NCBI GenBank assembly: GCA_963767005.1
Contig: CAVYCN010000018.1
Span: 68,341-132,340, forward strand
Source of the DNA: an uncultured Actinomycetes bacterium
GTDB lineage: Bacteria > Actinomycetota > Thermoleophilia > UBA2241
Length of the DNA stretch: 64,000 nucleotides
Direction: 5' to 3'
Shown: positions 42,925-57,417 of the stretch, in pieces
How positions within the stretch are numbered: the stretch's first letter is position 1
How the letters are laid out: every line of letters starts with the position of its first letter
Made by a program: the position numbers and the translations under genes
The notes under the pieces: model-generated
What the model was told of the DNA's origin: nothing
The model's database searches: none
Seen by the model: only the letters and a program-made list of their open reading frames with translations

Positions 42925-43000
42925 TGGAGCCGGCGGGGGGAATCGAACCCTCGACCTGCTGTTTACAAGACAGCTGCTCTGCCAACTGAGCTACGCCGGC
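42925..43000 (-). tRNA. tRNA-Thr (anticodon TGT)
   Basis: The reverse complement folds as a cloverleaf: acceptor GCCGGCG/CGCCGGC, D-arm GCTC-AGTTGGC-AGAGC, anticodon arm GCTGT-CTTGTAA-ACAGC, T-arm GAGGG-TTCGATT-CCCCC (one A.C mismatch), then CCA. Confidence 0.8.
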
Positions 43001-43225
43001 CCGCGCCTAGTCTACCGCCCGGCCGGCGGCGCGCGGAACGACCGCACGCGCCGGCGTGTGCCCCACCCCTGGGGTTGCGCCTCGACGCCGTGGTTCTGCA
43101 GCGCATCGCGCGCGGCGATTGAATCCCGGACGACTCGAGCCTACAGTGGGGACAGCCACCCGGTCGGTAGCAGCGCGACTCCGCACGCCGGTCCCGGCCG
43201 CCCACTGAACGAAAGGGATGCAGCG

Positions 43226-43453
43226 ATGACACCGACGGTAGCCGTGGACCTCAACCCTGTCACCATGGTCATCATCTTCGCGATCGTCGTGCTGCTGTTC
43301 GGCGCATCGCGGATACCCGGCCTCGGCAAGTCGGTCGGCCAGAGCATCCGCGGCTTCAAGTCAGGGCTCGAGGGCGACGACGAGATGGAGCCCAAGAAGC
43401 TCGACGGCGGAGCCGGCGCGCAGACGCCCGACAAGAAGCCGCCGCACGACTGA
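43226..43453 (+). CDS. tatA: Sec-independent protein translocase TatA/E
   Basis: 'VIIFAIVVLLFGASRIPGLGKSVGQSIRGFKSG'. Confidence 0.8.
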   Translation: MTPTVAVDLNPVTMVIIFAIVVLLFGASRIPGLGKSVGQSIRGFKSGLEGDDEMEPKKLDGGAGAQTPDKKPPHD

Positions 43454-43514
43454 CCGCCACGGACGCCTCATCGGCCGGGGCGGCCGACGGCGCCAGCCGA
43501 CCCCAGAAATGCGA

Positions 43515-43539
43515 CGGACCCCGCGGGGGGCGGGGTCCG
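43515..43539 (+). terminator. 10-bp GC hairpin after tatA
   Basis: 'cggaccccgc ggggg gcggggtccg'. Weak U-tract. Confidence 0.35.
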
Positions 43540-43659
43540 TCACCAGGGCTTGGGGGTCGCCCTTGAGGGGGGTCGAACGGAAGTATGTCCGAGCCGGATT
43601 AAGCCGGTGTTAACCAGGGCTTAAGCGAGGTTAATGGGGCTGAGACGAAGCTGAGAGTC

Positions 43660-46503
<2,844 letters not shown>

Positions 46504-46507
<4 letters not shown>

Positions 46508-47352
46508 AGCGAAGCCTCGGCGTCGCGATCGTGGCCGGCGCGACCGCCCGCCTGGGCGGAACCGCTCGCGCCATCGCGCGCCGCCGCCACAGCCTCGCCG
46601 AGCCGCCAGCCCTCGAGCATCTCGAAGGCCCGCGGGTCGACCAGGTCGAAGTGCAGCGGCGTGATCGACAGGTAGCCGGCCGCGAGCGCGGCGAAATCGG
46701 TGCCGTCCTCGCTGGCGCAGTCGCGCTCGTCGCTTGCGATCGTGTACTGACGCACCGGGCCCTCACCGGTCTCGAGCACGATGCGCTCGTGCACGCTCGC
46801 GCAGCCGAGGCGCGTTATGCGCACGCCGCGGACCTCGGCGGCGGGCGTGTCGGGCAGGTTGACGTTGAGCACGAGCCCGTGCGGCAGGCCGTCGGTCAGC
46901 ACGCGCGCCACGATGGGCGCGGCGAGGTGGGCCGCGGCGGCGAAGTGGCGCGGCGCGGCGCCCTGCACCGACACGGCCACCGCCGGCAGCCCCAGCAGGG
47001 CGCCCTCGAGCGCGGCGGCCACGGTGCCGGAGTAGGCCACGTCGTCGCCCAGGTTGGCGCCCCGGTTGATGCCGGCGACTACGATCTCGGGGCGGTCGCC
47101 GAAGAACCCCATCGCTCCGGCGCGCACGCAGTCGGCGGGCGTGCCGTCGAGCGAGAACCCGTCGAAGCCGTCGCCGAACCGAGTCTCGCGGGCACGCAGC
47201 GGCCGGTCGATCGTGATGCTGCGCGCGATCGCGCTGCGGTTGACGTCGGGCGCCAGCGTGACCACCGTACCGAGCGGGTCGAGCGCGCGCCGCAGGGCCG
47301 CCAGGCCGGGCGCGTCGATACCGTCGTCGTTGGTCAGCAGGATGTGCTTCAT
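46504..47352 (-). CDS. surE: 5'/3'-nucleotidase SurE
   Basis: 'MKHILLTNDDGIDAPG'. Confidence 0.85.
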
Positions 47353-47559
47353 CGCTCGCGTCGGATTCTAGCGCACGGCCCGGCCGGACCGTGCCGCCCG
47401 TCGCCGCCGGCGACCGCCGGTCGCCGGCCCGCTCCGGCGTCGCCAGCTCTGGCAACGTCCGGCAGGAGCCCGGCAGCGGACGTCGTAGCAGTCTGAAACC
47501 GGCGCGAAAGCGAGTGTGGCAGCACGAGCACTCTCCATCCCGACCTGACCGAGCGGCAT

Positions 47560-48417
<858 letters not shown>

Positions 48418-48431
48418 CAGACGGCGGCGGA

Positions 48432-48500
48432 GCCCTCAGGCCCGAGGGCAGCTTGGCCGGCCGCGGGCCCTCAGGCCGAGGGCAGCTTGGCCGGCCGCAC
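48432..48500. repeat. imperfect tandem duplication of about 34 bp overlapping the 3' end of the EAL gene
   Basis: 'gccctcaggcc(c)gagggcagcttggccggccgc' occurs twice. Confidence 0.6.
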
Positions 48501-49835
48501 CTTGGGCAGGCGTGTGTCGGGCCGCGCGAAGACCTCGCCGCTCATGAGCTCGACCCCCACGCGGCGCAGCGCCTTCAACTGGCGCACGCCGCCGACCTCG
48601 GGGGCGATCAGGCGGGCCTCGATGCGGGCCGCGAAGCGCAGCAGGAGCTGGACGATGTCCATGCAGGTCGGGTCGTCGGTCGCGCCGACGCTGATGACGG
48701 GGTCGATCGCCAGGTAGTCGGGCCGCGCCCTCGTGATCAGGTCGAAGGCGGTGAGGTGGCCACCGACCCCGGCGATGCAGACCGGGAAGCCCATCTCACG
48801 CACCGGGCCGAGCACGCGCAGGGCCGATGCCGCGTTGCCGGCCACGTCGGCCATCTGCAGCTCGAACACGACGTGCTGGGGCACGAGCGCCTGGTTCAAC
48901 GAATAGAACTCGCTCAGCGCGTAGACCGCCGCCGCGGGCAGCTCGACCGACTCGCACGACAGCACGAGGAGGGCCTCGGGCCCGAGGCCGACCGCCTTGG
49001 TGACGGCGAGCTCGCGCGTCTCGATGCCGTAGCTCGACAGCAGGGCGGAGCGGCGCGCGACCTCGTCGAGCACGTCGGGCAGGCGCAGCGGCGAATAGAA
49101 GGGTCCGCGGATCGCCGTGTGATAGCCGATCACGCGGCGCTCGGCCACGTCGCAGATGGGCTCGAAGAGCGGCTCGAGGCTGTGGTTGGCGACGGCGTCG
49201 GCCAGGGTGCGCTCGAGATCCTCCTCGTAGAGCAGCCACTCGCGCTCGGCGGCCTGCATGGCCGCCGCCACGCCGCTCTGCAGCGACTGCTCGAAGGTGA
49301 GCTCGGCGTCGGCCTGCAGCACCGCCACCGTCACGAAGGGATGGACGCGGTCGAAGACGCCCGGCGCGAGGTCGTTCAGCAGCATGGACTGCAGGCGCTC
49401 GTACACGCGCCGGCTGATCGCGTTCAGGTCGTCGCGCACGATCTCCTTGGCGCGCCGCGGCGGCGAGAGCACGACGATGAAGGCGTTGTCGGACAGCGTG
49501 AAGTCGGCCAGCACGTCGAGCTTGCGCAGCGACGTGCCCACCATCTCCTGGAGGATGCTCGAGCAGGCGTCGAGCACGTCTGAGGTGATCTGCCAGCCGA
49601 AGACGCGCTCGAGGCGGCCGTAGCGCTTGAGCCCGACGTAGAGGATGGCGACCTCGCCGTGACGTTCGAGCTCGAGCCTGATGTCGTCGGCGATGACGCT
49701 GAGCGAGGGCAGGGTCTTGGAGTCGTCGCTCACCAGGTTGCGCAGGTTGGTGCGCGCCTGGCGCGCAAAGCGCTCACTCGGCTCCTGGTCGATCAGGGTC
49801 CGCTCCGCTGCGAGCTCGTCGTCTGGCGCTGCCAT
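48471..49835 (-). CDS. degenerate GGDEF-EAL protein (likely non-catalytic c-di-GMP sensor)
   Basis: The GGDEF motif is 'LSDNAF'. The EAL signature reads 'FEP' and DDFGTG is replaced by 'AGVGGH'. AGGGGGGG Shine-Dalgarno before ATG 49835. Confidence 0.7.
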   Translation of the reverse strand: MAAPDDELAAERTLIDQEPSERFARQARTNLRNLVSDDSKTLPSLSVIADDIRLELERHGEVAILYVGLKRYGRLERVFGWQITSDVLDACSSILQEMVGTSLRKLDVLADFTLSDNAFIVVLSPPRRAKEIVRDDLNAISRRVYERLQSMLLNDLAPGVFDRVHPFVTVAVLQADAELTFEQSLQSGVAAAMQAAEREWLLYEEDLERTLADAVANHSLEPLFEPICDVAERRVIGYHTAIRGPFYSPLRLPDVLDEVARRSALLSSYGIETRELAVTKAVGLGPEALLVLSCESVELPAAAVYALSEFYSLNQALVPQHVVFELQMADVAGNAASALRVLGPVREMGFPVCIAGVGGHLTAFDLITRARPDYLAIDPVISVGATDDPTCMDIVQLLLRFAARIEARLIAPEVGGVRQLKALRRVGVELMSGEVFARPDTRLPKVRPAKLPSA

Positions 49836-49855
49836 GACCCCCCCTGCCGGTCGGC

Positions 49856-50245
49856 CTACCCGCCCTTGCCGGCCGACGACCTGGCGGCCGCGCCGCCCGC
49901 GCCGTCGCCCTGCGCCGCGCCGCCGCCCGCCTTGCCGCCGTCGGCTTTGCCGTCGCCCGCCTTGCCGCCGTCGGCCTTGCCGTCGCCCGAGGCCTTCGTG
50001 GCGCCGCCCTCGGAGGCGTCGCCGTCGCGCGACTTGCCGGCCTCGCCGGCGGGGCGCTTGCTGGAGCCGCGCCCGTAGTCGGTCGTGTAGAAGCCCGAGC
50101 CCTTGAAGTGGATGGCGACGGGGTGCAGGACTTTCGTCAGGTGCCCCCCGCAGACCTCGCAGGCCTCGAGGGGCTCGTCTGCGAACTTCTGGAAGGCTTC
50201 GACGGTGTGGCCGCACGCGTCACAGCGGTACTCGTAGATCGGCAA
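49856..50245 (-). CDS. FmdB-family zinc-ribbon protein with a C-terminal Gly/Lys/Ala-rich repeat tail
   Basis: 'MPIYEYRCDACGH...CEVCGG'. TTG start with AGGAGC Shine-Dalgarno. The tail carries repeated 'KADGGKAGDG' units. Confidence 0.7.
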   Translation of the reverse strand: MPIYEYRCDACGHTVEAFQKFADEPLEACEVCGGHLTKVLHPVAIHFKGSGFYTTDYGRGSSKRPAGEAGKSRDGDASEGGATKASGDGKADGGKAGDGKADGGKAGGGAAQGDGAGGAAARSSAGKGG

Positions 50246-50377
50246 GAACCTGCTCCTGGCGTCGCTTCGAGCTCGGCTTTTCAGTCTAGCACAGGGCCGG
50301 GCGGCCCGACCGCCGCACCGCCGCGGCCGGTCCGACCGGCCCGGCGGCCGTGCGCGCTTGCGCGCCGGCCGCGTCGC

Positions 50378-51088
50378 TCAGGCGCCGGGACGGAAGGGCG
50401 GTACGTGCCCGGGAATGAGCAGGCTCGCTCCCCACGAGGCGATCGCCCTCCACGAGGCGGCGAGGACCGGATCGGCTCCCTCGTCGACACCGGCCGCCAC
50501 GCGCTCGTACTCGTCGCGCGTCGGACCGATGGTGTCGCCGGCGAGCACGACGAGACCGTCGTCGGTCGCGACGCGGTAGCACACGCCGCCCGCGGTGTGG
50601 CCCGGCGTGCGAACCCAGGTGATGCCGGCGGCAAGCTCGCCCTCGTCGCCGCGCAGCAGCCGCAGCCGCTCGCGCGGCAGGATGCCGGCCACCATGGGTC
50701 GGTCGGGGTCGTCGAGCTCGAGCTCGTGAACGACGACCGGCCCCGGCACGTCGGCGCACGCGCCGGCGTGGTCGAAATGGGCGTGGGTGAGCGCGATCAG
50801 GTCGAGGTCGTCGACGCCGAGGTCGCGGGCTTCGAGTGCCCTGATGACGGGTTCGTTCTGCAGGTGCATGCCAGGGTCGACGAGGATCGTCTGCGGACCG
50901 CGCAGCAGCACGGTGTTGGGGTACGTCGTCATGCCGACCACCGTGCGTGCCGCGGCGAGCTCCTGGTAGAGCGCCCAGGTCTCGGGCGAGCGGTGCTCGG
51001 GCAGCACCTCGACGCGCTCGCCGTCGGTCCAGAAGGCGAAGCGGACCGTCGGCAGCAGCAGCTCGACGCTGTAGACGGCCGTGGCCAT
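50378..51088 (-). CDS. MBL-fold metallo-hydrolase
   Basis: 'LTHAHFDHAG'. Confidence 0.75.
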   Translation of the reverse strand: MATAVYSVELLLPTVRFAFWTDGERVEVLPEHRSPETWALYQELAAARTVVGMTTYPNTVLLRGPQTILVDPGMHLQNEPVIRALEARDLGVDDLDLIALTHAHFDHAGACADVPGPVVVHELELDDPDRPMVAGILPRERLRLLRGDEGELAAGITWVRTPGHTAGGVCYRVATDDGLVVLAGDTIGPTRDEYERVAAGVDEGADPVLAASWRAIASWGASLLIPGHVPPFRPGA

Positions 51089-51489
51089 CAGCCGGCCACG
51101 GGGCCGGCCGGGGCAGCCGGCGCGGCGCCGCTGTCGGTCTGCGCGTCGCGCGCGTAGATCGCGTCGACCCGCGCCAGGTTGACGACCACGAACGGCGCGC
51201 TCTCGAGCAGCTCGCCGGTGGCGTGCCGGTAGATGCTCGCCCGCGAGAGCGTGAGGCGGCCATCGGAGATGTGGTGCAGGTGGTCGGAGGCGCGCCGCGA
51301 GGTGGCGCGGCCGCCGGTCCCGAAGTGCGCGTAGCCGACGATCTTGAGGTCGCCGCTGTAGGCGACCACCTCGAGCTCGAGGAACCCGATCTCGACCTTG
51401 AACTCATGCTCGGTGTCGCCGGCACGCACCATCACCGGCTCGTCGCCCTCTACCTTCTTGCCGTCGAACACGTAGAAGTCCACGCTCAC
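51088..51489 (-). CDS. hypothetical protein
   Basis: 133 aa. Overlaps the start of the MBL gene (ATGA). Confidence 0.45.
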   Translation of the reverse strand: MSVDFYVFDGKKVEGDEPVMVRAGDTEHEFKVEIGFLELEVVAYSGDLKIVGYAHFGTGGRATSRRASDHLHHISDGRLTLSRASIYRHATGELLESAPFVVVNLARVDAIYARDAQTDSGAAPAAPAGPVAG

Positions 51490-51791
51490 TCCTTGCCTTC
51501 GGAGCCCGCCGGGGGTCTCCCGCCGTGTGGCAGGAGGACGCCGGGCCGCCCGTCCGATCAGTGCCCTTCGGTCTCTGTTTCGCCCGCGCGACAGGATTCT
51601 TGAGTACAGGGCGGCCCCGCAAAGGCGGAGAGCGTGCGTCCGCGACGCGCCGCGACCAGGCGCCGGTAGTGCAGACCGAGCAGCCGCGGCGTGAGGACGG
51701 CGCTCAGTGCGCCGCCGAGGATCGTGCCGACGAACACGGTGCGCAGGCGGGCCATGCGGCCATTATGACGGCGGCGCCGGGCCCGGACAAT

Positions 51792-51966
51792 GTCCCGCGA
51801 TCGACTTCGTCGTCACGGCTCAGGCGTGCGTGACTACGTCGCGCGCCTAGTCCCGCGATCGCCTTCGTCGTCACGGCTCAGGCGTGCGTGACTACGTCGC
51901 GCGCCTAGTCCCGCGATCGACTTCGTCGTCACGGCTCAGGCGTGCGTGACTACGTCGCGCGCCTCG
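51792..51966. repeat. 58/59-bp x 3 tandem repeat, each unit with an internal 6-bp-stem hairpin (gtcacg...cgtgac)
   Basis: Near-identical units immediately 3' of the clpC stop. Confidence 0.8.
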
Positions 51967-51968
51967 CG

Positions 51969-54401
51969 TCAGGCCTTGGCGAAGGCGAGCGCGCCGTCGG
52001 GGCCGGCGTCGACCGTGATCGTGTCGCCCTCGCTGAAGCGGCCGCGCAGCAGCTCGCTCGACAGCGGGTTCTCGACCAGGCGCTGGATCGCGCGCCGCAG
52101 CGGGCGCGCGCCGTAGGCCGTGTCGTAGCCCTCGTCCAAGATCCTGGCCTTGGCCGCCTCGGTCACCTCCAGGTGCATGCCCTGGCCTTCGACCAGGTCG
52201 CGCACGTGGGTGAGCAGCAGGTCGACGATGTGCTCGAGCTGGCCGCGGTCGAGCGGGTCGAACACGATGATCTCGTCGATGCGGTTGAGAAACTCGGGCC
52301 GGAACGTCTTGCGCAGCTCGTCGAGCAGGCGCTTCTCGAAGTCCTCGTGGCTCGGCGGCCCGCCGTCGCCGGGCGCGAAGCCGAGCGTGTTCTGGCGGAT
52401 CAGGCTGCCGCCGACGTTGCTCGTCATGATGACGACCGTGTTCTTGAAGTCGACGGTGCGGCCCTTGTTGTCGGTCAGGCGGCCGTCGTCCAGGATCTGC
52501 AGCAGCGTGTTGAAGACGTCGGGGTGGGCCTTCTCGATCTCGTCGAAGAGCACCACGCTGTACGGCCTGCGGCGCACCGCCTCGGTGAGCTGGCCGCCCT
52601 CGTCGAAGCCCACGTAGCCGGGCGGCGAGCCGAACAGGCGCGACGTCGAGAACTTCTCGGTGTACTCGCTCATGTCGAGCCTGATCAGGGCGCTCTCGTC
52701 GTCGAACAGGAACTCGGCGAGCGCCCGCGCGAGCTCGGTCTTGCCCACGCCCGTCGGCCCCAGGAAGATGAACGAGCCGATCGGCCGCTTCGGGTCCTTC
52801 AAGCCGGCGCGCGCCCGGCGCACCGCCTCGGCGACCGCGACGACCGCCTGGTCCTGGCCGACCACGCGCTCGTGCAGGTGGCCCTCCATCTCGAGCAGCT
52901 TGTCGGCCTCTTCCTGCAGCATGCGCTGCACGGGGATGCCGGTCCACGAGCTCACGATCTCGGCGATGTCGTCGGCGTCGACCGTGGCGTCGGCGATGCC
53001 CTTGGCGGCCAGCCAGACGTTCTTGGCCTCGACGAAGGTCTGCTGGATCTTGTCGGTCTGCTCCTTGAGCTGGGCCGCCTTCTCGTAGTCCTGGGCCTGG
53101 ACGGCGGCGGCGCCCTCGCGCGACAGCTCGTTCATGCGCAGCTCCATGTCGCGCAGGTCGGGCGGCAGCATCGTCGACTCGATGCGCAGCTTGCTGGCCG
53201 CCTCGTCGAGGAGGTCGATCGCCTTGTCGGGCAGGAACCGGTCGCTGATGTAGCGGTCGGACAGCCGGGCCGCCTCGGCCAGCGCCTCGTCGGTGATGCT
53301 CACCTTGTGGTGAGCCTCGTACTTGTCGCGCAGGCCGTGGAGGATAGCGATCGTCTGCTCGACGGTCGGCTCGCCCACGAGGATCGGCTGGAAGCGGCGC
53401 TCGAGGGCCGAGTCCTTCTCGATGTGCTCGCGGTACTCGTCGAGCGTGGTCGCCCCGACGCACTGCAGCTCGCCGCGGGCCAGCATCGGCTTCATCAGGT
53501 TCGAGGCGTCGATCGCGCCCTCGGCCGCGCCGGCGCCGACCACGTTGTGCAGCTCGTCGATGAACAGCACGACGTCCTTGGCGCGCTGCACCTCGTCGAG
53601 CGCGCCCTTCAGGCGCTCCTCGAACTCGCCGCGATACTTGGCGCCGGCGACCATGGCGCCGAGGTCGAGGCCGAGCACGCGCCTGTCGCGCAGGATCTCG
53701 GGCACGTCGCCGGCCACGATCTTCTGAGCCAGACCCTCGGCGATCGCCGTCTTGCCCACGCCCGGCTCGCCGATCAGCGCCGGATTGTTCTTGGTGCGCC
53801 GCGACAGCACCTGGATGACGCGCTTGATCTCGTCGTCGCGGCCGATCACCGGGTCGAGCTTGTCCTCGCGCGCCGCCTGCGTGAGGTCGCGGGTGTACTT
53901 CTTGAGCATGCTCTCGCCGGTCGCGCTGCCCTCGTAGTCGACGCCGCTGCTGCGCACCTGGGCCAGGGCCTGGCGCAGGCGCTCCTCGGTCATGCCGAGG
54001 TCCTTGAGGATGGCGCTACCGGGTCCCTCGCCCTCGAGGAAGATGCCGAGCAGCAGGTGCTCGGTGCCGACGAACTCGTCGCCCAGCTTCTGCGCCTCCT
54101 GCACGGCGATGTCGAGCGCCGCCTTGGCGCGCGGCGTCATGTAGAGCATGCCCTCGGGCACGGCGCCGGGCGGGCCCGAGCCGACCGGCTGGTTCTGGGC
54201 GAACTGGTTGGCGCGCGTCATCGCCGCGCCCTTCTCGACGCCGAGCGCGTTCAGGACCTGCTCGACGACGCCGCCGGGCAGGCTGAGCACGCCGATCAGG
54301 AGGTGCTCCGTACCCAGCATGTTGCCGGGGCCGCGGCGCACCACGCCCTGCGCGGTCTCGAGCGCCTCGCGCGCCCGCTCTGAGAACTTGCTCACGTCCA
54401 T
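51969..54401 (-). CDS. clpC: AAA+ chaperone/unfoldase of ClpC type (two NBDs, short UVR-like middle domain)
   Basis: N-terminal Clp_N repeats. Two Walker A motifs, 'GEPGVGKT' and 'GPTGVGKT'. The middle domain is about 75 aa with '[12 protein letters not shown]'. It has an 'LGF' loop. At 810 aa it is shorter than ClpB. Confidence 0.8.
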   Translation of the reverse strand: MDVSKFSERAREALETAQGVVRRGPGNMLGTEHLLIGVLSLPGGVVEQVLNALGVEKGAAMTRANQFAQNQPVGSGPPGAVPEGMLYMTPRAKAALDIAVQEAQKLGDEFVGTEHLLLGIFLEGEGPGSAILKDLGMTEERLRQALAQVRSSGVDYEGSATGESMLKKYTRDLTQAAREDKLDPVIGRDDEIKRVIQVLSRRTKNNPALIGEPGVGKTAIAEGLAQKIVAGDVPEILRDRRVLGLDLGAMVAGAKYRGEFEERLKGALDEVQRAKDVVLFIDELHNVVGAGAAEGAIDASNLMKPMLARGELQCVGATTLDEYREHIEKDSALERRFQPILVGEPTVEQTIAILHGLRDKYEAHHKVSITDEALAEAARLSDRYISDRFLPDKAIDLLDEAASKLRIESTMLPPDLRDMELRMNELSREGAAAVQAQDYEKAAQLKEQTDKIQQTFVEAKNVWLAAKGIADATVDADDIAEIVSSWTGIPVQRMLQEEADKLLEMEGHLHERVVGQDQAVVAVAEAVRRARAGLKDPKRPIGSFIFLGPTGVGKTELARALAEFLFDDESALIRLDMSEYTEKFSTSRLFGSPPGYVGFDEGGQLTEAVRRRPYSVVLFDEIEKAHPDVFNTLLQILDDGRLTDNKGRTVDFKNTVVIMTSNVGGSLIRQNTLGFAPGDGGPPSHEDFEKRLLDELRKTFRPEFLNRIDEIIVFDPLDRGQLEHIVDLLLTHVRDLVEGQGMHLEVTEAAKARILDEGYDTAYGARPLRRAIQRLVENPLSSELLRGRFSEGDTITVDAGPDGALAFAKA

Positions 54402-54474
54402 GTCGTCGTCCTTCGCTTGTGATGCCTGTGATGGGAGCCGGCCACCCGCGCCGCCGGCCGTCCGGCCGGCCGCC

Positions 54475-54888
54475 TCACGGCTGCCGGCGGCGCTTGCCGA
54501 CGCGCACGATGGCCATGCGGCTCACCGGCACGAGGTCGCGGCGCGCCGCGCGCTCGGCGCTGCGCAGCTGCGCGCGCAGGTCGTCGGCGGCGTGCAGCAG
54601 CGCGGCCTCGAGCTCCGCGACCCGCTCGTGCATGGCAGCCACCTGCTCTTCGAGGGCCAGCACGCGCTCGACCCCGGCCAGGTTCAGGCCCAGGTCGGTC
54701 AGCTCCTGGATGCGCTGCAGCCGGGCCACGTCGGCCTGCGAGTAGAGTCGCGTGTTCTTGGCCGAGCGGCGCGGCTGCAGGAGCCCGCGCCGCTCGTACA
54801 GGCGCAGGGTCTGCGGATGCATCGCGGCCAGCTCGGCCGCGATCGAGATCATGAAGAGCGGTCGCGTGGGGTCGTCACGTTGCGGCAT
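54475..54888 (-). CDS. hspR: MerR-family heat-shock repressor HspR
   Basis: 'FMISIAAELAAMHPQTLRLYERRGLLQPRRSAKNTRLYS'. Confidence 0.8.
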   Translation of the reverse strand: MPQRDDPTRPLFMISIAAELAAMHPQTLRLYERRGLLQPRRSAKNTRLYSQADVARLQRIQELTDLGLNLAGVERVLALEEQVAAMHERVAELEAALLHAADDLRAQLRSAERAARRDLVPVSRMAIVRVGKRRRQP

Positions 54889-54918
54889 CGCGCCTCACCT
54901 GCGTTTCCGTCCTCTTGG

Positions 54919-56055
54919 TCACACCATCCCGAAGCGCGCCTCGCGCGGGTCGGCCTCGGTCCGGCCGAGCTCCTCGGCCAGACGCTTCTGTTCCTTGCTC
55001 AGCTTGGCCGGCACCACCAGGTGCACGCGCGCCAGCAGGTCGCCGTTGCCGCCGCCCCGCAGGCGCGGCGCGCCCTTGCCCCGCACACGGAGCGTGCGGC
55101 CGTCGGCGCTGCCCGGCGGCACCTTGAGCGACACCCTGCCGCCACCCGGCGTCGGGATGCGCGCGGTCACACCCAGCATGGCCTCGGACACGGTCACTGG
55201 CACCTCGATCACGAGGTCGTCGCCGCGGCGCTCGAAGAGCTCCGAGTCCTCGACGTGCACGACCACGTACAGGTCACCGGACGGTCCGCCGGCGGCGCCG
55301 GCCTCGCCCTTGCCCTTGAGCCGGATCTTCGTGCCCTCTTTGGCGCCGGCAGGGATCTTCACGGCGTAGCGCCGCGTCTGGCGCGTGATGCCGCTGCCGT
55401 GGCAGGTCGGACAGGGCGTGTCGATCACGGTGCCGTTGCCGTGACAGCGCGGGCAGGGCACCGAGATCGCAAAGGGGCCCTGGTTCTGGGCGAGCACGCC
55501 GCGCCCCTGGCACTCGGGGCAGATCTTGGCCGTCGTGCCGGGCGCCGCGCCCGAGCCGTGACAGGTCGGGCAGGGGCCGTTGGTGTCGACCGGCACGCGC
55601 ACCTGCGCGCCCTGCAGCGAATCGTCGAACGAGATCGTGACTGCGGCCTGCAGGTCGGCGCCGCGCTGTGCCCCGCCGCGCCCGCCGCCGCGACGGCCGC
55701 CCTGGCCCATGCCGCCGCCGAACAGGTTCGAGAGGATGTCGCCGAAGTCGCCCATCTGGAAGGTCTGGGCGCCGCCGAACATGCTGGGGTCGAAGCCCTG
55801 GAAACCGCCTTGACCCGGCCGCCCGGTGCGCGGGTCGAAGGCCCCGAGGCGCAGCATCTCGTCGTAGTGCTTGCGCTTGTCGGGGTCGGAGAGCGTCTCG
55901 TAGGCCTCGCCTACCTCCTTGAACTTCTCCTCGGCGCCCTTGTCGCCCGCGTTCGCGTCGGGGTGGTACTTGCGTGCCAGCTTGCGGAACGCCTTGCGAA
56001 CGTCGTCCTGCGAGGCGCCGCGCGGCACGCCGAGCGTCTGATAGAAGTCGGCCAT
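54919..56055 (-). CDS. dnaJ: chaperone DnaJ
   Basis: J-domain with 'HPD', four CxxCxGxG zinc repeats. Confidence 0.9.
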   Translation of the reverse strand: MADFYQTLGVPRGASQDDVRKAFRKLARKYHPDANAGDKGAEEKFKEVGEAYETLSDPDKRKHYDEMLRLGAFDPRTGRPGQGGFQGFDPSMFGGAQTFQMGDFGDILSNLFGGGMGQGGRRGGGRGGAQRGADLQAAVTISFDDSLQGAQVRVPVDTNGPCPTCHGSGAAPGTTAKICPECQGRGVLAQNQGPFAISVPCPRCHGNGTVIDTPCPTCHGSGITRQTRRYAVKIPAGAKEGTKIRLKGKGEAGAAGGPSGDLYVVVHVEDSELFERRGDDLVIEVPVTVSEAMLGVTARIPTPGGGRVSLKVPPGSADGRTLRVRGKGAPRLRGGGNGDLLARVHLVVPAKLSKEQKRLAEELGRTEADPREARFGMV

Positions 56056-56056
56056 C

Positions 56057-56674
56057 CTACCTCGCCACGATCACTCTGGCCGGCCGCAGCAGGCGGCCGT
56101 GCAGCAGATACCCCGCCTCGAGCACGGCCACGATCGCACCCTCCGAGTACTCGTCGGACTCCTGGGCGACGACCGCCTCGTGGACGTTGGGGTCGAACGG
56201 CAGGCCGGGGGCGGCCGGCACCTCATCGAGGCCGTGACCCTCGAGCACCGAGCGCAACTGCCCGGAGACGATCTCCACGCCCTTGATCAGTTGCCCTTCC
56301 TCGTGCTGCTCCGCCGCCTCGAGCGTGCGCGCCATGTTGTCGAGCACCGGCAGCAGCGACTCGATCACGCCCTCGCCGGCGCGCAGCACCAGGGCCTCGT
56401 TGTCGCGCTGCACGCGCTTGCGATAGTTCTCGAACTCGGCCTTGAGGCGCTGCAGGTGGTCGAGGTACTGGTCGCGCTCCGCGGTGGCGCGCGCGAGCTC
56501 GACGGCCGACGGCGCGGCGCCGGCTTCGGTCGGGACCGCGGCCGCCGCGGCGGCTTCGGCGCCGGCGCTCGCGGGCGCGGCTGCCGCCGGGTCGGGCGCC
56601 CCCGGGCGAGCGCCGGCGTCGTCGCCGCGCTTCGCCTGGGTGCGCCGATCCTTCTTGTCGTGCGGAGTCGTCAT
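56057..56674 (-). CDS. grpE: nucleotide exchange factor GrpE
   Basis: '[18 protein letters not shown]'. Confidence 0.85.
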   Translation of the reverse strand: MTTPHDKKDRRTQAKRGDDAGARPGAPDPAAAAPASAGAEAAAAAAVPTEAGAAPSAVELARATAERDQYLDHLQRLKAEFENYRKRVQRDNEALVLRAGEGVIESLLPVLDNMARTLEAAEQHEEGQLIKGVEIVSGQLRSVLEGHGLDEVPAAPGLPFDPNVHEAVVAQESDEYSEGAIVAVLEAGYLLHGRLLRPARVIVAR

Positions 56675-56825
56675 CGTCTGGTCGCCCTTTGTCGTCGTCG
56701 CCTGGTTGTCGTCTGCCTCGTCGGCTTGCTCCCGTTCGCCGAGTCCCGGTGGGGCGCCGGCGAGGTACGCGGCCCGGCGGGCGTCGCCCGCCGGGCCGCG
56801 CGTGGCGCCGGCGCCGCGTGCGTGA

Positions 56826-57290
56826 TCAGTCCGCCGCCGAGGCCGTGGTCGCCTCGACCGTGGGGCGCACCGACCTGACCTCGATGCGCTTCGGCTTCTG
56901 CTCGTCGGTCTTGGGCACCGTCACCTGCAGGACGCCGTCCTCGTAGGTGGCCTGGATATCGTCGGCCTTGACGCCCTGTGGCAGGGCGAGGCTCCGCTGG
57001 AACGAGCCGTAGCGCCGCTCCACGCGGTAGTAGCGCTCCTGGTCGACCTTCTCCTCGAAGCTGCGCTCGCCCTTGATGGTGAGCACGTTGTCGTCGACTT
57101 CGATCTGGATGTCGTCGATCTTCATGCCGGGCAGCTCGGCCTTGAGCACGACGGCGTCTTTTGCGTCGAACACGTCGACCGCCGGTACCCAGCTCTCCTT
57201 CTGCCCCGACCACAGCGAGTCGGCCAGCCGGTTCACCTGGTTCTGCAGCGTGGTCATCTCACGGAAGGGGTCCCACCTGATGATCGCCAT
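56826..57290 (-). CDS. Hsp20/alpha-crystallin small heat-shock protein
   Basis: 'AVDVFDAKDAVVLKAELPGMKIDDIQIEV...GVLQVTVPK'. GGAAGGAG Shine-Dalgarno. Confidence 0.8.
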   Translation of the reverse strand: MAIIRWDPFREMTTLQNQVNRLADSLWSGQKESWVPAVDVFDAKDAVVLKAELPGMKIDDIQIEVDDNVLTIKGERSFEEKVDQERYYRVERRYGSFQRSLALPQGVKADDIQATYEDGVLQVTVPKTDEQKPKRIEVRSVRPTVEATTASAAD

Positions 57291-57417
57291 TGTGCCGTCG
57301 CTCCTTCCTGGTCTCGTCCACCGGCTCCCGTGACCCGGCGGCACTCGACCTTCGTCTGGTGCCTTCCGGCGCTTCGTGACGCGCGTCGCCGGGGCGCACG
57401 CGACCGTGTCGCCGGCC

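Noticed and set aside
51969-54401. Calling the HspR-linked AAA+ protein ClpB.
   Set aside because: Its length of 810 aa, short UVR-type middle domain and an LGF-like loop fit ClpC rather than ClpB.
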